The notes below the pieces were generated by a model, which was not told the origin of the DNA, did no database searches, and saw nothing but the letters and a program-made list of their open reading frames with translations. A stretch of 62,796 nt of DNA, counting the filler, from Welwitschia mirabilis (taxonomy: Eukaryota), in assembly GCA_051453625.1 (NCBI GenBank). It is 5 parts of one record of this genome, joined end to end, with 100 filler letters (N's around TTAATTAATTAA, not from the genome) between each part and the next. Parts side by side here need not be neighbours in the genome. Positions count along the whole stretch, not along the records: positions 30,735 to 55,200 come from JBOZIK010000001.1; 4 more parts are not named here. The stretch is one strand, 5' to 3'. Position 1 is the stretch's first letter, and each line of letters starts with the position of its first letter. This document shows, one piece after another, positions 37,661-50,681 of this stretch. The translations under genes were made by a program, and so were the position numbers.

Positions 37661-40239
37661 ATAATCTAGAAAAAAAAAAGGAAAAGTTCAAGTTGATCTC
37701 TTTCATAATCCTAGCATGGTCCACTTATCCTTATTTTCTTTAGGGTCTAATCCCAATAAATCTCATATATCCCATTCTTTTCTTAACCTCTCAACTAATT
37801 CNNNNNNNNNNATTCCTCCCATTCTTAATTAATTTCTAATGCTAAAGAAAAGGTAACTTAGAAAAATCATTTAGCCATTGGAAGGAAGCAAGTTAAGTAA
37901 TCACTAACACACCATTCTTAGCTAGGAATCAAGTCTAGCCATCATCATAAGCTTAGAAGCTAAAACTCTTGTCTGATACCAAGATAAAGTAGCTTGGTTC
38001 TTGTAGGTATACTTCATACAAGTTAATAAAATTACCATTTTTTTCTTTCTTAACATATTTTAAACATTTCTAGCCTTTCCTTAATGATTTGGTAAATCGA
38101 ATATGTCATTTAGAGCTTTGAGAATGTTTTCTTATCATTTTGAAGATTCTGCATGTTAATGTCTATCATTCTGTCTTTAAAATGGTTTTGTTTAGTTTAT
38201 TAAAACCACTCAATGAGATTTGTTTAGTCATTAAATCTAGTAAAATGCCAAATTTTATTTATTAATCAAATTTTGCTCATCCATTAAATAATGCTATACT
38301 ATTCTGATCTGCCTATGGAACTATAAAAGTTTGTGTGTAGAACTATTTTAGTTATTTATTAAACAATCTAGCTTATTTGAAAAGTAATTTTTATTATTGA
38401 TTTAAATTAATTTAGAACTATAGTTGATATATTTTGTCTAGCCCCTCATTCTATAATGTCTTTTAAACTCATTTGATGTGTCTATTAGAATGTTCTATCT
38501 ATTTTTGTTTGTGAAATAGTTTTCCTATGTCTATAAAACTATGCAATTTCTTTTACATAGTCTTCAATAAACTTGTAAAATTAATTTCCTACTATTTTCA
38601 TTATCTTAATACCTAAAATTTCTAATACATTCATGAATAAAGTTATAGATCAACTTAGAATTGCTTGAATTTATTCCTTTCATAAAACATTGCTTTACAA
38701 TTTCTGCTTTCTAAAAGAGAAATCAAAGCTTTTTTCCTTGCTCAAAATAGTGTGTAAATTTTTTTTTTTAATTCCCTATTAATTTTAAAATATAAAAATC
38801 CACTTATTAACCTATCAAATTATCTAAGCTAAGTCATTAAGAAATTTGTCACAAATCATAGTGACATCTAGAAATTTATCTCAGCTTTTTATGCACCCTT
38901 TCAAGAGATTTTCAATACTAAACTAGCTAGAGTGTCTATTGCCATATTAATATAGCTATTTTTCACACTCCTAAGATGGGACTTACAAAAATTTGGAATG
39001 TAAAAATATGGTTTCTGATGCTTCTATCCTTAGCTTGATCACATTCTATACCATTTTGGTTAGAGTAAGTATCTACAACTACTGCAACCTCATGTAGGCT
39101 TTTATTGGCTACTACTTACTAATAAGCTTTAGTATTGATCTCAAACTTTTACTTTACATGGTTATAATCAAACTATTTCATAAGAAAGAAACTCTATTCC
39201 ATTCATGTTTAATCAGTATTATTATTAGTAATGTTTGCATCACAATGTCATAGGTAAATCTAATACAATCTAATAAGATGCTTGTAGAATTTAGTGAAAA
39301 GAGATGTGCTCCAATTTAGTAAGGTAAGTGCATGAGAAAAAGGACTTTTAGCCCTTGTTTTCCATTAAAATCTATAGGATCTCATTATTACAATGCCAAA
39401 TTATATGTTTTTAATGGGGTATTTTGAATATTTTTACAGGACATTTAGATAAGTTTTAATGGAAAACAATGATTATTGAGAGTCAAGGAGAAAATCATGA
39501 AAATGTATCATCACTAGCATATTTAGAAGCATTTTGGATGATTTTTGATACTTTAGATTTTGAGGAGGAATTAATGTTCTACAAAGCTGATTTGGCTTGA
39601 TGAAAGAGCTTCAAAAGACTATCATTTCCTTTATTGTTCAGACAACTGTATGGATGACACCAATTGTATTCTGATAAGGATGCTGACTATACCGAATATA
39701 GAAGCTAATGTGAAACCTATGTTAACATGTCATCATCCTCTCCATCATCTGAAAAAAATCTAAGATTATCACCATTTTTAGTTAATGCACCAAACTTTAG
39801 CTAACTTGTGAAATATATCATGTGTCTCCTATGCATTGTTAGGGTTTTTGTTGTGTCTGTTAGATTTACTATTTTTAAAGTATGTTGTTGTAATAAATAT
39901 TGCCTTTACCTCACTTTGAATTTATCTTTTTTAAAACCTAAAAATCTTATAATAGTAGATTAAATAACAAGAGGTCCATCTATTAATTGCAAAGAGGAGT
40001 TTTCCTTGGTATTGGTCTGTGTCTTCTTTATTGAGGTATTGCTATTTATAATAAGATGTTGGTTATGATTTCATGATAGCTTTATAGTTAATATCTATTA
40101 TTAAGGGCAACGTTTATCAAGGTTCAAATCATTAATTTAGGATTTACATTACATTCCATTTTATATTTCATAGATTAATCATTTTACTTTTCTACTATTT
40201 TTAGGACAAGCTTATTACCTGCCTCGTCAACAACTGTAG

Positions 40240-41480
40240 AGTTTTCAATAAGCATAACAACCTTAACAACAATAACTCTAACTACCTCAACAACAAATTC
40301 AAACACAACAACAAACATACCCAACTTAAAACCAAGACTAAGATTAGTCTCAAAACCAAAACCTAATTCAGAGACCTAGAAGAAACTTCACTAGCTTAGA
40401 AATACCTTTGATGAAGGTTCTTTCCATCTTACTACAAAAGAGGGTAATCCAGCTATCTTCAATCAGGGAGAAAGATCTAAATGCATCAAAACCCAAGAGC
40501 TATGATAGGTCAAAGTACTGTGAATACCATAGGATCAAGGGATATCACATAAAAAACTATTTTAATTTAAAAGACATTGTCTAAGACATCATTGAAAACA
40601 AAAGTAACATTAAATTTGATATAATTCTTGTAGCTGCAAATGAACAACTCGAGATCTACAAGAACCCTTTTCCCACTCAAGCTTCTACATTATAGACATC
40701 AAAAAATGTGATGGTTCAAGATAATAATGTTCCTTATGCAATTTGGGTAATCCAGAATCAACCATCGAAACCATTAGAGTGAATCATCCCAGGAAAAAAA
40801 CAAAAACTATAATGATTAGTCTNNNNNNNNNNGAAGACGCTTGAAGTTGATCCACTTCGCAACCAAACATTTAATCATAATCACATGTCTCTAAAGTAGG
40901 AAAAACATATAATTATCTCTCTTCATTAATCAAAATCTTAGAACCTCATAGACAAGCCTTTAAAAGATTATGTAAGGATGCTTAACATCGAAAACACCTC
41001 TAAAACAAGAACCTACTTCAAATCAATAGATGTTCAGAAAAATGATGAGGATCATGAACTGATCCAATTTCAACTTGAACGAATCTCATCCACTTCTAGA
41101 AAAACCATAATCATAGAATCACCCTACATTTCGGTAAACATTGGACCTACTAAAGTACTTAGGGCCTTTATCGATTATGGGGCTAAATTAAATGTCATTA
41201 GGTCATTTTGTCTAAATAAACTTAATCTACAACATCTAATAGATTGAAAGAAGAGTGTAACAATCAGAAGTTTCAACGATCACAAAGATAAATCTAAGGG
41301 AATAGTCACTTTACTAGCAGAGGTGGCTCAAAAGGTCAAGGACAGTGAGTTCTATGTGATTGACAATACTGTTACTTTCAATTTACTCCTAGGTCATCCT
41401 TAAATCATGGATATAGGGGCAATTATATTGTTACCCCATCAAAAGCTAAAATTTAGTAGATTAAAGATCTCAATGCCACT
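40240..41480 (+). mobile_element. Ty3/gypsy Tat/Ogre-like gag (CX2HX4H knuckle) and aspartic protease remnant
   Basis: YDRSKYCEYHRIKGYH at ~40500, and protease VLRAFIDYGAKLNVI...TIRSFND...FYVIDNTVTFNLLLG...PHQKLKF. Confidence 0.8.
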
Positions 41481-43545
41481 AGAAAGAAATCATACAGTGG
41501 CAAGTGTCAAGACATGATCTCAAGCATCTTCCCTATCATCATCTCAAATCCTAGAAAAGTGAATCATTCCATTTTTGCACTTCAAACACGATTTTGTAGA
41601 CCCTCATATATTTAAGATCTCACAAATTTCTGATGCACAACTCTTAGATTCTAGCTGGGTTCTGTTTATTCTCGATGATTTTCCTATAAGCCCATAATTA
41701 TTTTTTTGCATTCTAAAGTTCTAGCTTCTTGCTCTCGTCATTTTTAGTCATAGTAGTTTATTGCATCCACCTGCATTTCATTATATAAAGTTCTTCCATA
41801 CTACCTTCTTATGTAAAAAACCCATTTCTCTACTTGACAATGGCATGTTTTACCTACTCATTCCTTCTCCTTTAATAATCATACATGTGATTCTTAATTT
41901 CCACTTTGCGCTCAATCCTTCTTGAACTTGTCAATGATACTTGTTCTTGAATTGATTCATCTTATTTTATCGAATTCTATCTAGGTACATTTTTATAACA
42001 AGTTGACTATCAAGTGGCTAAAGTCTTATTTTATAGAGAAATGCATTTTGAATGACTTTGTTGAGATTTTTAATTCACATGCTAAGAAAGAACTTAGTGT
42101 TAGTGGATAATAGCTGAGATTGCATTAATGATCATTATAATACTCTTGGCATGATAGAAGCAATTGAGTAGGAAGACTCTCTTAATCGAGAGTTAAGTCT
42201 TTCCTTCATCTTTACCTAAATGACTCCTTAGTAGAGTTTCTTAGTTAAAGTCATTTCTTTGTTTAATTGTTGATTTTATTTAGTCCTATGTTAAACCATA
42301 TTTGAGTTTTTATGAAAGTAGTTTTTCTACTTTAGGACATTTATAGTGGTAAGATTAGATTTCATCTAATCTTAAGACCTTCATACGTCTATGACGTTCA
42401 ATGCCTTATGTTCTTCTATCCTAGTATTAATTTGTATTAAATTTGATACTTGTTTTCAATAATGAATCTTACAATTTACCATCTCAATGATTAATCAATG
42501 TTATAAAAAAGAAAAAAAGAGAGAGGAATTCAAGTCAATTGACAAAATATCAATATCATGCATCAAAAAAAAAGAAAAGAAAAAAAAGAAAAAAAATCAT
42601 GATGTCCTACTACAAGTGCATCGAGGCAAATATTCCTAAGAGAGGCCTNNNNNNNNNNNNNNNNNNNNNNNNNNNNNNNNNNNNNNNNNNNNNNNNNNNN
42701 NNNNNNNNNNNNNNNNNNNNNNNNNNNNNNNNNNTTGGAAGTGGTTGCACTCCCCTCATCATGATAGATGGTGATTTCTAAAAATTCCATTGACTTGATT
42801 TTCCATGACTCTAAAGCTATATCTTTAAGAGCATTCAGAACATATTGATCCTTGAATAGTAAGTTATCAAGGTTTCATTTGCTGTCATAGCTGATGATTG
42901 GATGGAGTAATAGTCTTGACATCATATTGATACTTCACAGAATGACTATAGACATCGTCATAATCAGTGTCCTGATTACATGATACTTTGTGTTGTTTAG
43001 CATTGAACCATCGTTAATGACATCGAATAATTCCATGATTCATACCAATAGACAAGGCTAAGTTGACATTTAGAGATGTTATAATCAATGTTCTTCATGT
43101 CTTTGATTGTCCATTTCCACTTAGTCCTTCCCTAGTATTCACAATTGATTATCTCAAAGTCATCTCTCGCATTTACTCTTGATTTATTTAAGGCTAAATT
43201 TACTTCTTAGTTAATTTGTCTTTTGCTAGTACCCAATCCCATTTTAACCATATAATCATTTTAACTCATTTCTATTTTATTTAATCGAATCCCTTTTCTC
43301 ATCAGTCTTGTATCCATTCATTTTATCATCCAATTTATCATTCTCTATCCTTTATAGAATCATCTTAATCACCTTCATTTCAGTTAATTGAACAGATCCC
43401 TCTATCTACCTACCCCATTATCCATTTCACGATCTTTCACCATTATCCATGTCATATGCCTTTGAGTTGCCCCTTCCTTCAATCTCTGTTTAACCATTTA
43501 TATCAAAATGTTTTTGGCATAAGATTTACTTCTTCATCCTATGTC

Positions 43546-43566
43546 AAAAAGGGGACAAACTGTATA
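43546..43566 (+). other. Ogre-type polypurine tract and LTR start
   Basis: GTCAAAAAGGGGACAAAC followed by TGTA at 43561 resembles a Tat/Ogre PPT-LTR junction. Confidence 0.5.
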
Positions 43567-43898
43567 TAAATATTTATTTATTTATTTTTATTATTACTAT
43601 GATATATATTTGGAATGCCTCATTATAGCTTACAATCTTGAATTCAAAATGTTTTCAACAAATTTCAAAAGTCTTGATGTTGGAAAACGGTATCAGCTTC
43701 AAAACTTTAATCTGACATCCAAATAAACATATACTATTCCAAACCCTCAAATTTCCTCTGACATAAATTATCATAGTAAACAAGATGTTTCTTTGAAATG
43801 GAACGTTTGTTACAAATTCTACTATATGAGCATACCACTGACTACAATTATAAAATTTAACATAAAACTTTAGTCTTCAACATTTGACAAATTATCAC

Positions 43899-44561
43899 CT
43901 GAATACCAGGATTATCACAAACAATGAGAGTTAGTAGTCCTTTTTTCATCTTAGGAGTATTGTTTGATTTGCTGCCACCTAGTAGACTCTTAACCTCTTG
44001 TGTGCAAGGTGGGAGATATGTTGCCATAAGAATTAAAGAAGATACCACACTTGAAGGTAGAGGCACGTCATCAAGCAATCTATTAAAAACATCGCTACGA
44101 AGCCGAAGGTGTCTAGCGATGGCGGATAGGGTTGCACAAGAGACCTTACTAAGGCAGCGAAATACATCTAGCATACACAGAGGCAAGGAATCGTCCTCTT
44201 CCCACATCCTTCTAGCACGGTGTACATAGACACCATGGTTAGGCGAAGAGTCGAAGCTTCCGGAAGTCAGAGCCATGGACTTGGAAGGCCAACCGGCAGA
44301 ACTGGAGGCCGCACCGGCACCGAGGCTTACGGCGTTGGATGCTACACTTAGAGACTTGAAGTAAAGCTTGGCAAAATCTAGCGTGTAGCAAATAACGACC
44401 GCATCTCTGGAGCTAAGCTCAATCACGGCAGCGTTATACCTCGTAAGCGAACCAGAGAGTGCTTCAACGGCCTTTGTGTATAGGGGAAAGGGAGCTTCGT
44501 CATCCGGCAAGATGTCCGCAAGCTTGATCTTCGCCGGCGATCGAGCTCTGCCTTCACCTAT
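43899..44561 (-). pseudogene. First-exon fragment of a conserved plant 2OG-Fe(II) oxygenase-like protein (resembles the Arabidopsis At3g19895/At3g12940 family, from recall)
   Basis: Translates IKLADILPDDEAP...AVEALSGSLTRYNAAVIEL...IARHLRLRSDVFNRLLDD...KGLLTLI..DNPGIQ. It ends at a CAG|GT donor (43899/43898) with no downstream exons found. The presumed start codon is ATA (44559-44561). Confidence 0.75.
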
Positions 44562-46319
44562 GATTTCTCTCTCATCTTTTGCTTCAAATAACCAATCAAA
44601 GAATAAGGAATATGCAAAATAGGAGAATTCCGAGAATCTTCCATCTTTTCTATTCGCAAATCACGGACAGAAATACATGGTAGTTGTTTGTTTCATCAAG
44701 CACCATAGAAGAATCATGACGAAGAGAACATACATCATCCACGGAGGACATTACGGTGAGGGGCATCTAATTTCATCCTCTAGAACGGAGATAATCAAGG
44801 AAAACAAGAAAAGCATTAAGAAAGGACCAGCAGAAAATACAAATAAAAAAGAGGAAAAGGGGAAAGCAAAGAGGCGAAACAAACATCCGAAGGACGCACA
44901 TCAGAGATGAGGAGCAACGGACAAGGCCCAGCACATTAGAAAAATAGGGAAATCAGCCAGAAAAAAGGCAGCGATTCAACAAAAGGCAGGCACCAGATGG
45001 CACAGCAAAATCACAACGCCAAAAACACCATCAAACGGAAGAAGAAAGAATGGGAATACGACCAGACAAAGAAAGGGAGCGAATGGCGGATACCAGAGAG
45101 CACAGGGAAAAGATAGAAGAGCAGAATCACAGAGGACACAGGCGACAACGATCGAGAGGAGGTAGACACATCGACACATCAGAGTAGAAGGGAAGGGCAA
45201 TAGAAGCAAAGAACACCAAAGCAGCAGCTTCGAATAACCGGCTAGCAAACACCACAGTGAATCAAAGAATGACACTGCAAAGCACGCGTCCAACATAGCA
45301 GCAAAAGAGCAAAACATGGTATCAAGGAGGGGACTTTCAGAAGAAACATAGCGATGCAAGAGGAAACGCAACGACGTAGTAGGAGCATTTGAGCAAACAA
45401 AAGAGGATACACAGTGAAAACAAGAAAAATCAAAGGGTGCAGATAGAAGAGACGACCTTCAAAAGATACTAGCTATAAGAATTGTAGATTTCTATGATAG
45501 CATTCTCCAGGTTTCCCATTCTTCTCTTTTATATACTTCATTAATTTCCATGATTTTTGATACAATACATATCATTATTTCATTCGTTAAATCCTCCTAT
45601 AAAGTGTTTCGAATACGGAGTTATTAATACCCGATAATTCTTTTTCAGAGTAAAATGAGAGATTTGTTGTGATTCATTGTTGCAAACACCTTCTTTAACA
45701 TACTAAAAGATCCATTTTCTTCTGCAGACATAAATTTTTTTTTCAAAAAAAGAAAAGGGTTTTCTTTAGGCTTATTTGGTTTCAAATTAAATTCCCAAAA
45801 ACTTTCCTGATTAGAAATTTGGTCTAAGTCATTTCTCAAATTTGCTTTGTTATTACTATTGTTAAATACATAGTTTTAACTAAAAAAAAGAAAAAAAGAA
45901 ATTTTGATTATTTACTCTATGAAATTGAAATTTAGTTCTGCATTTGTAATTTCTTATGTAGTTACATTTATTTAAATCATTTACCTTTACATTGATAAAA
46001 AGATAACAACCTGAAATAACTTTTAGTTCGAATTGTTGTTATTAATTAAGGTATACCTTTACCATCTATAGGTGAATATAAAGTATCATCCGTGGATAAA
46101 ATGATAAAGACATTTTAGCATATTTTAGAAATATTTTATCAATACCTTTAAAAAAAAGAGGAGGGAGGGGGGGAGGGGGTGTGGAAGTTAGATTCATTTG
46201 TTTTCCTAGATAGAATCCGAAAATCATTTCACAATTTAATACCACGATCACCTAAAATCATGAATTCGATGTGTAAAAAAGTTAATCATTGTGAAAAATA
46301 GTTGTAACAATTAGTTTTT

Positions 46320-49300
46320 TCATTTAATGAACTAATGGGATCTCTTCAAGCTCACCAGTTAAGAATTAATAGATCGCTTGAAAAGAATGAAGAAAAGGCA
46401 TTTCAAGTAAAGAAGACAATCACCAAAACTGGAAAAGATAAATGTCCAGCAAGTAGAGGTCGTGGAAGAGCAGGATTTAATGGTCATGGTTGTGGTAACA
46501 GGAGAGGCAAAGGTAGATATGAAGGACAAAGACAGTCCAATGAGCAACGAAACACTAACTCTGGTATTCAATGTTATCATTACAAGAGATATGAATACAT
46601 AAAGACTGATTATTGGTACAAAGATCAAAAAGCAAATTTTAAAGTAGAAAATAAAGAAGAAGGTAGGTTTTTTATGGCTCATTTTAATACTAACCATAAA
46701 TTAGATGACTTATGGTTTGTAGATAGCGGACATTCAAATCACATGGCAAGCATGAAATCCATATTTTAGGAGCTTGATGAAATGCAAAAGATGATAGTGC
46801 AGCTTGAAAATGAAAAAGAAATACAAGTTGAAGGGAAAGGTACAATGGAAATTAAAGCTAACGATGGTAAACTCAAGTTTTTACATAATGTTCAATTTGT
46901 ACCCGATTTAGGATACAATTTATTAAGTGTTGGACAACTAATGGCTGGTGGATATTCTATATTATTTGGTGATGATGCTTGTATTATCCAAGACAAGTAA
47001 TCAGCTAAGTAATGATCAATATCAAGATAACCCAAAACAAAATGTTCCCATTGGATGTTTCTAATATGGGATGTTTTGTTCTTATTGCTAGTGGAAAAGA
47101 TGACTCAAAGCTATGGCATTTGCAATATTGACATATTAATGCCAAGGGTTTGAAATTACTAAGTAATAAAGGTATGGCTCTTGGGCTTTTGAAAATTGGC
47201 TCTATTGACTTATGTAAAGGATGCATCTATGGAAAACAAACTAGAAAGTCTTTCGTATTGGAAAACTTGGAGAGCTCAAAGTATTGTGAATTAATTCATG
47301 CTGATTCAAGTGAGCCTATGCAAACTAAATCTTTTGGTAGGAGTTGTTATTTCTTCTTTTTATTGATGATTATAGTCACATGAGCTAGGTCTATTTTCTA
47401 CAAAATAAGTCAGAAACTTTTGATAAGTTTAAGTACTTCAAAGCTAAGTGGAGAAACAATGTAGATCTTTCATCAAAGTACTTCACATTGATAAAGGTGG
47501 AGAATTCCTATTTAAAGAATTTAACCTTTTCTGTGAAGAAAATGACATTCATAGGGATTTAACAACTCCTTACACTCTAGAGCAAAATGGCGTCGTAGAG
47601 CAAAAGAATCAGACTATTATAGAAATGGTAAGAAGTATGTTTTAAGCAAAGGGGCTTTCAAATCAATTTGGGTTGAAATCTATAGCAACATTTGTCTATT
47701 TGTTGAATCTCTCTCCAATAAGGGCTGTCATGAATCAAACTCCATTTGAAGCTTAGTGTGGCAAAAAACCATCTATAAGTCACTTAAGAGTCTTTGGGTT
47801 ATTGTTTATGCTTTGGTAAATTCACAAGTTCATCAAAAACTTGATGAAAAGTCTGAAAAATGCATTTTTAATGGTTATTGTACTCAATCCAAAGCATGAA
47901 GATTATATACCCCTCTTAATGATAAGATCTTAACAAAAAGGGATGTAGTATTTAATGAAAATGCAAGCTAGGTATGGCATAAGAGTAAAGAGAAGATGCA
48001 AGTATAAGTTCCTATGGTAAATGAAATCTCCGAAAATGAAAGTTAAGAATCATCACCAACTAGTTCCTCCACCCTTGAAGCGTTTTATTATGAAATACCA
48101 CCAAGAAAGTTTAGATCTTTAACTAATATATATTCATCTTGTCAATTTGCTCTTACTCTTTCAGATCCTATAACTTATGAAGAAGCAGCTAAAAAAGAAT
48201 AATGAAAGAAAGTAATGGTGGAAGAATTGATAGCAATAGAAAAAAAATGAGACGTGGGAGATGGTGGACTTATCAAAAGGAAAAACCACAATTAGTTTGA
48301 AGTGGGTATTCAAGACAAAATTTAATGCAGAAGGAAGTGTAAAAAAGCACAAAGCTCGGCTTGTGGCAAAAGGATATGCATAGCAACATGGTATTAATTT
48401 CAAAGAAACATTTTCTCCAGTAGCTCATTTTGAAAGTGTGAGTATTATTCTAGCATTGGTTGCATAATTATAATGGCTAGTTTTTCAATTTAATGTTAAA
48501 TTAGCTTTCTTGAATGGAGATTTACTAGAAGAAGTTTATGTAAATTAGCTAGAAGGTTTCTTAATAAAAGAAAAAGAAACAAAGTTGTACAATTTGAGAA
48601 AGGTGTTGTATGAATTGAAGTAGGTTCCTCAGGCATGGTATAGTAAAACTGATGGATAGCTTCAGCAAAATGAATACATGAGAAGTTAGAATAAGCCCAC
48701 ACTATATGTGAAGAAGTAAGGTAAAAATGATTTTATCATTATTTATCTTTATGTTAATGATATCATATATATAAGTTCCTCTAATCCACTTGTGGGTGAA
48801 TTTAAATCACGAATGAAGAATGAGTTTCAAAAGTCGAATATGAATTTATTACATTATTTCCTTAATCTTGAAGTCCAACAAGTAGAAGATGGGATTTTTA
48901 TCTCGCAAATAAAATATGCCAAGGGTATTATAAATAAATTTGGCATGTTTAATTGCAGGTCTATAGCTAACCCCATGAATATTAATGAAAAATTGCAACA
49001 GGAAGACGGAGCAAAGAAAATTGATGCTAAGAGATTCAAAAGCTTAGTTGAAGGCTTAACTTATCTAACCCACACTTGACCAGATATTGCATTTCCTGTT
49101 GGTGTGATTTCTAGGTTTATGCAACATCCTTCAAAAGTTCATTTTGGAGTAGTGAAGCACATCTTTCATTACATCATTGAAACTATGGATTATAAGATTT
49201 GGTACACAAAAACTTCTAGTTTTAGATTATATGGGTTCATAGATATCGATTGGACAAGTTCATTGGATGATAGACAGAGTATTTCGATAAATTGTTTTAG

Positions 49301-49949
49301 TCTAGGACTAGGAGTAATCACTTGGAGCTTAAGGAAGCAAGTCACAACAACATTATCATCCTCAGAAGATGAGTAAGTTACAATCACTTTAGCAGCTTGT
49401 CAAGTCATTTGGTTAAGAAGAATGTTAATTGAACTTCAACAAGAGTAACAAGAAGCAATGGAGATATTTTGTGACAATAAAGCAATAATCTCCATGATAA
49501 AAAATCCAGCATTTCATAGTAGTATGAAGCATGTTGATATTTGTTTCCATTTCCTTCATAATTTTGTTACAAAAAAAAGAGATAACTTTCAAGTACTATA
49601 GCACTCATGAGAAGCTAACTAATATATTGACAAAGTCTTTGTCAAAAAAGAAGTTCTGCTACTTTTGAACTTCTCTTAAAGTTAGGAACTTTGAAATAAG
49701 GGGAATTGTTGAAGAAAAATTCAAATTCTAATCTCTTTTTAGGACTATTAGTAGAGTCTTATTTTTAAGTTTACTTAGCCATTCATGCATCAGTTATTGA
49801 AAAGAAGGAAAAGTATTATTGAGTTGGTAGAGTTAGTGGGTTGTTGTGATTCCAACTTGACCTATTTAATACAGTTTTAAAGTACATTTTCAGGTTCTAT
49901 TAATAGGTTTTTCCAAGGATTTATTAAAAATCTACAAAGCTCTAATACA
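46320..49949 (+). mobile_element. Ty1/copia (Ivana/Ale-like) 5'-truncated gag-pol with PPT and short 3' LTR (~49707-49949)
   Basis: GSLQAHQLRINRS, a decayed zinc knuckle, protease WFVDSGHSNHM, integrase (LIHAD, TPYTLEQNGVVE), RT and RNaseH (ITWSLRKQ, FCDNKA). PPT AATAAGGGGAA is followed by TGTTGA at 49707. There are many stops and frameshifts. Confidence 0.9.
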
Positions 49950-50681
49950 GATTAAAAGATGCAATAATATTCTAAATAAGAAGCCATTTTTGGGTAATAA
50001 TTACCAAAGCAAAGTGATGAAGATATATTGATCATCCTCACTATCGTGAGAACGACAAAGGAGATAATAATAAAAAAAGTATGGTCATCCTTTGTGTCGT
50101 GAGGAGGATGATTGGGATGACAATCAATTTTTTTGACATGTGCTAAGCATTAGTTAAAAGATGGGGTGTCATCCTCTTTATCGTGGGGACGACACAAGGG
50201 ACAACACTCAAAATAATTTATAAAGTTAATTAAATTGTTATGAAAGTGTGGATCTAACTTGCACCTCTTCATTTCACATCCTTTATCAACCTATCCCAAC
50301 TTATAAATAGGCCCTTTCAAACCCTATTAAAGATGATCTGTGTTATCTACATTCTTGTAATAATTGGAGGTTATTGGAGGCAAAGAGATCCATCCTACTT
50401 GTGAGAAGGACCATCTTGGTGTTAGGCAATAAATCTTTCATTGAGAAGTTATTGTCATAAGTGGATGTACTTTAATTTTATTAATAAAATTATTAATTAA
50501 ATTGAAATATTTTTAAATGTTTTATTATTCTTCCTTATAGCTTATCTTAATTACAATTTAAGTGACATGAATTTGTAATTGNNNNNNNNNNNNNNNNNNN
50601 NNNNNNNNNNNNNNNNNNNNNNNNNNNNNNNNNNNNNNNNNNNNNNNNNNNNNNNNNNNNNNNNNNNNNNNNNNNNNNNNN

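Noticed and set aside
38000..39500. Possible LINE or viral RT on the minus strand
   Set aside because: No diagnostic motif could be read.
44976..45433. Hydrophobic membrane-protein-like ORFs (also 10812-11067 and 52952-53365)
   Set aside because: Artefacts of purine/pyrimidine-skewed low-complexity DNA.
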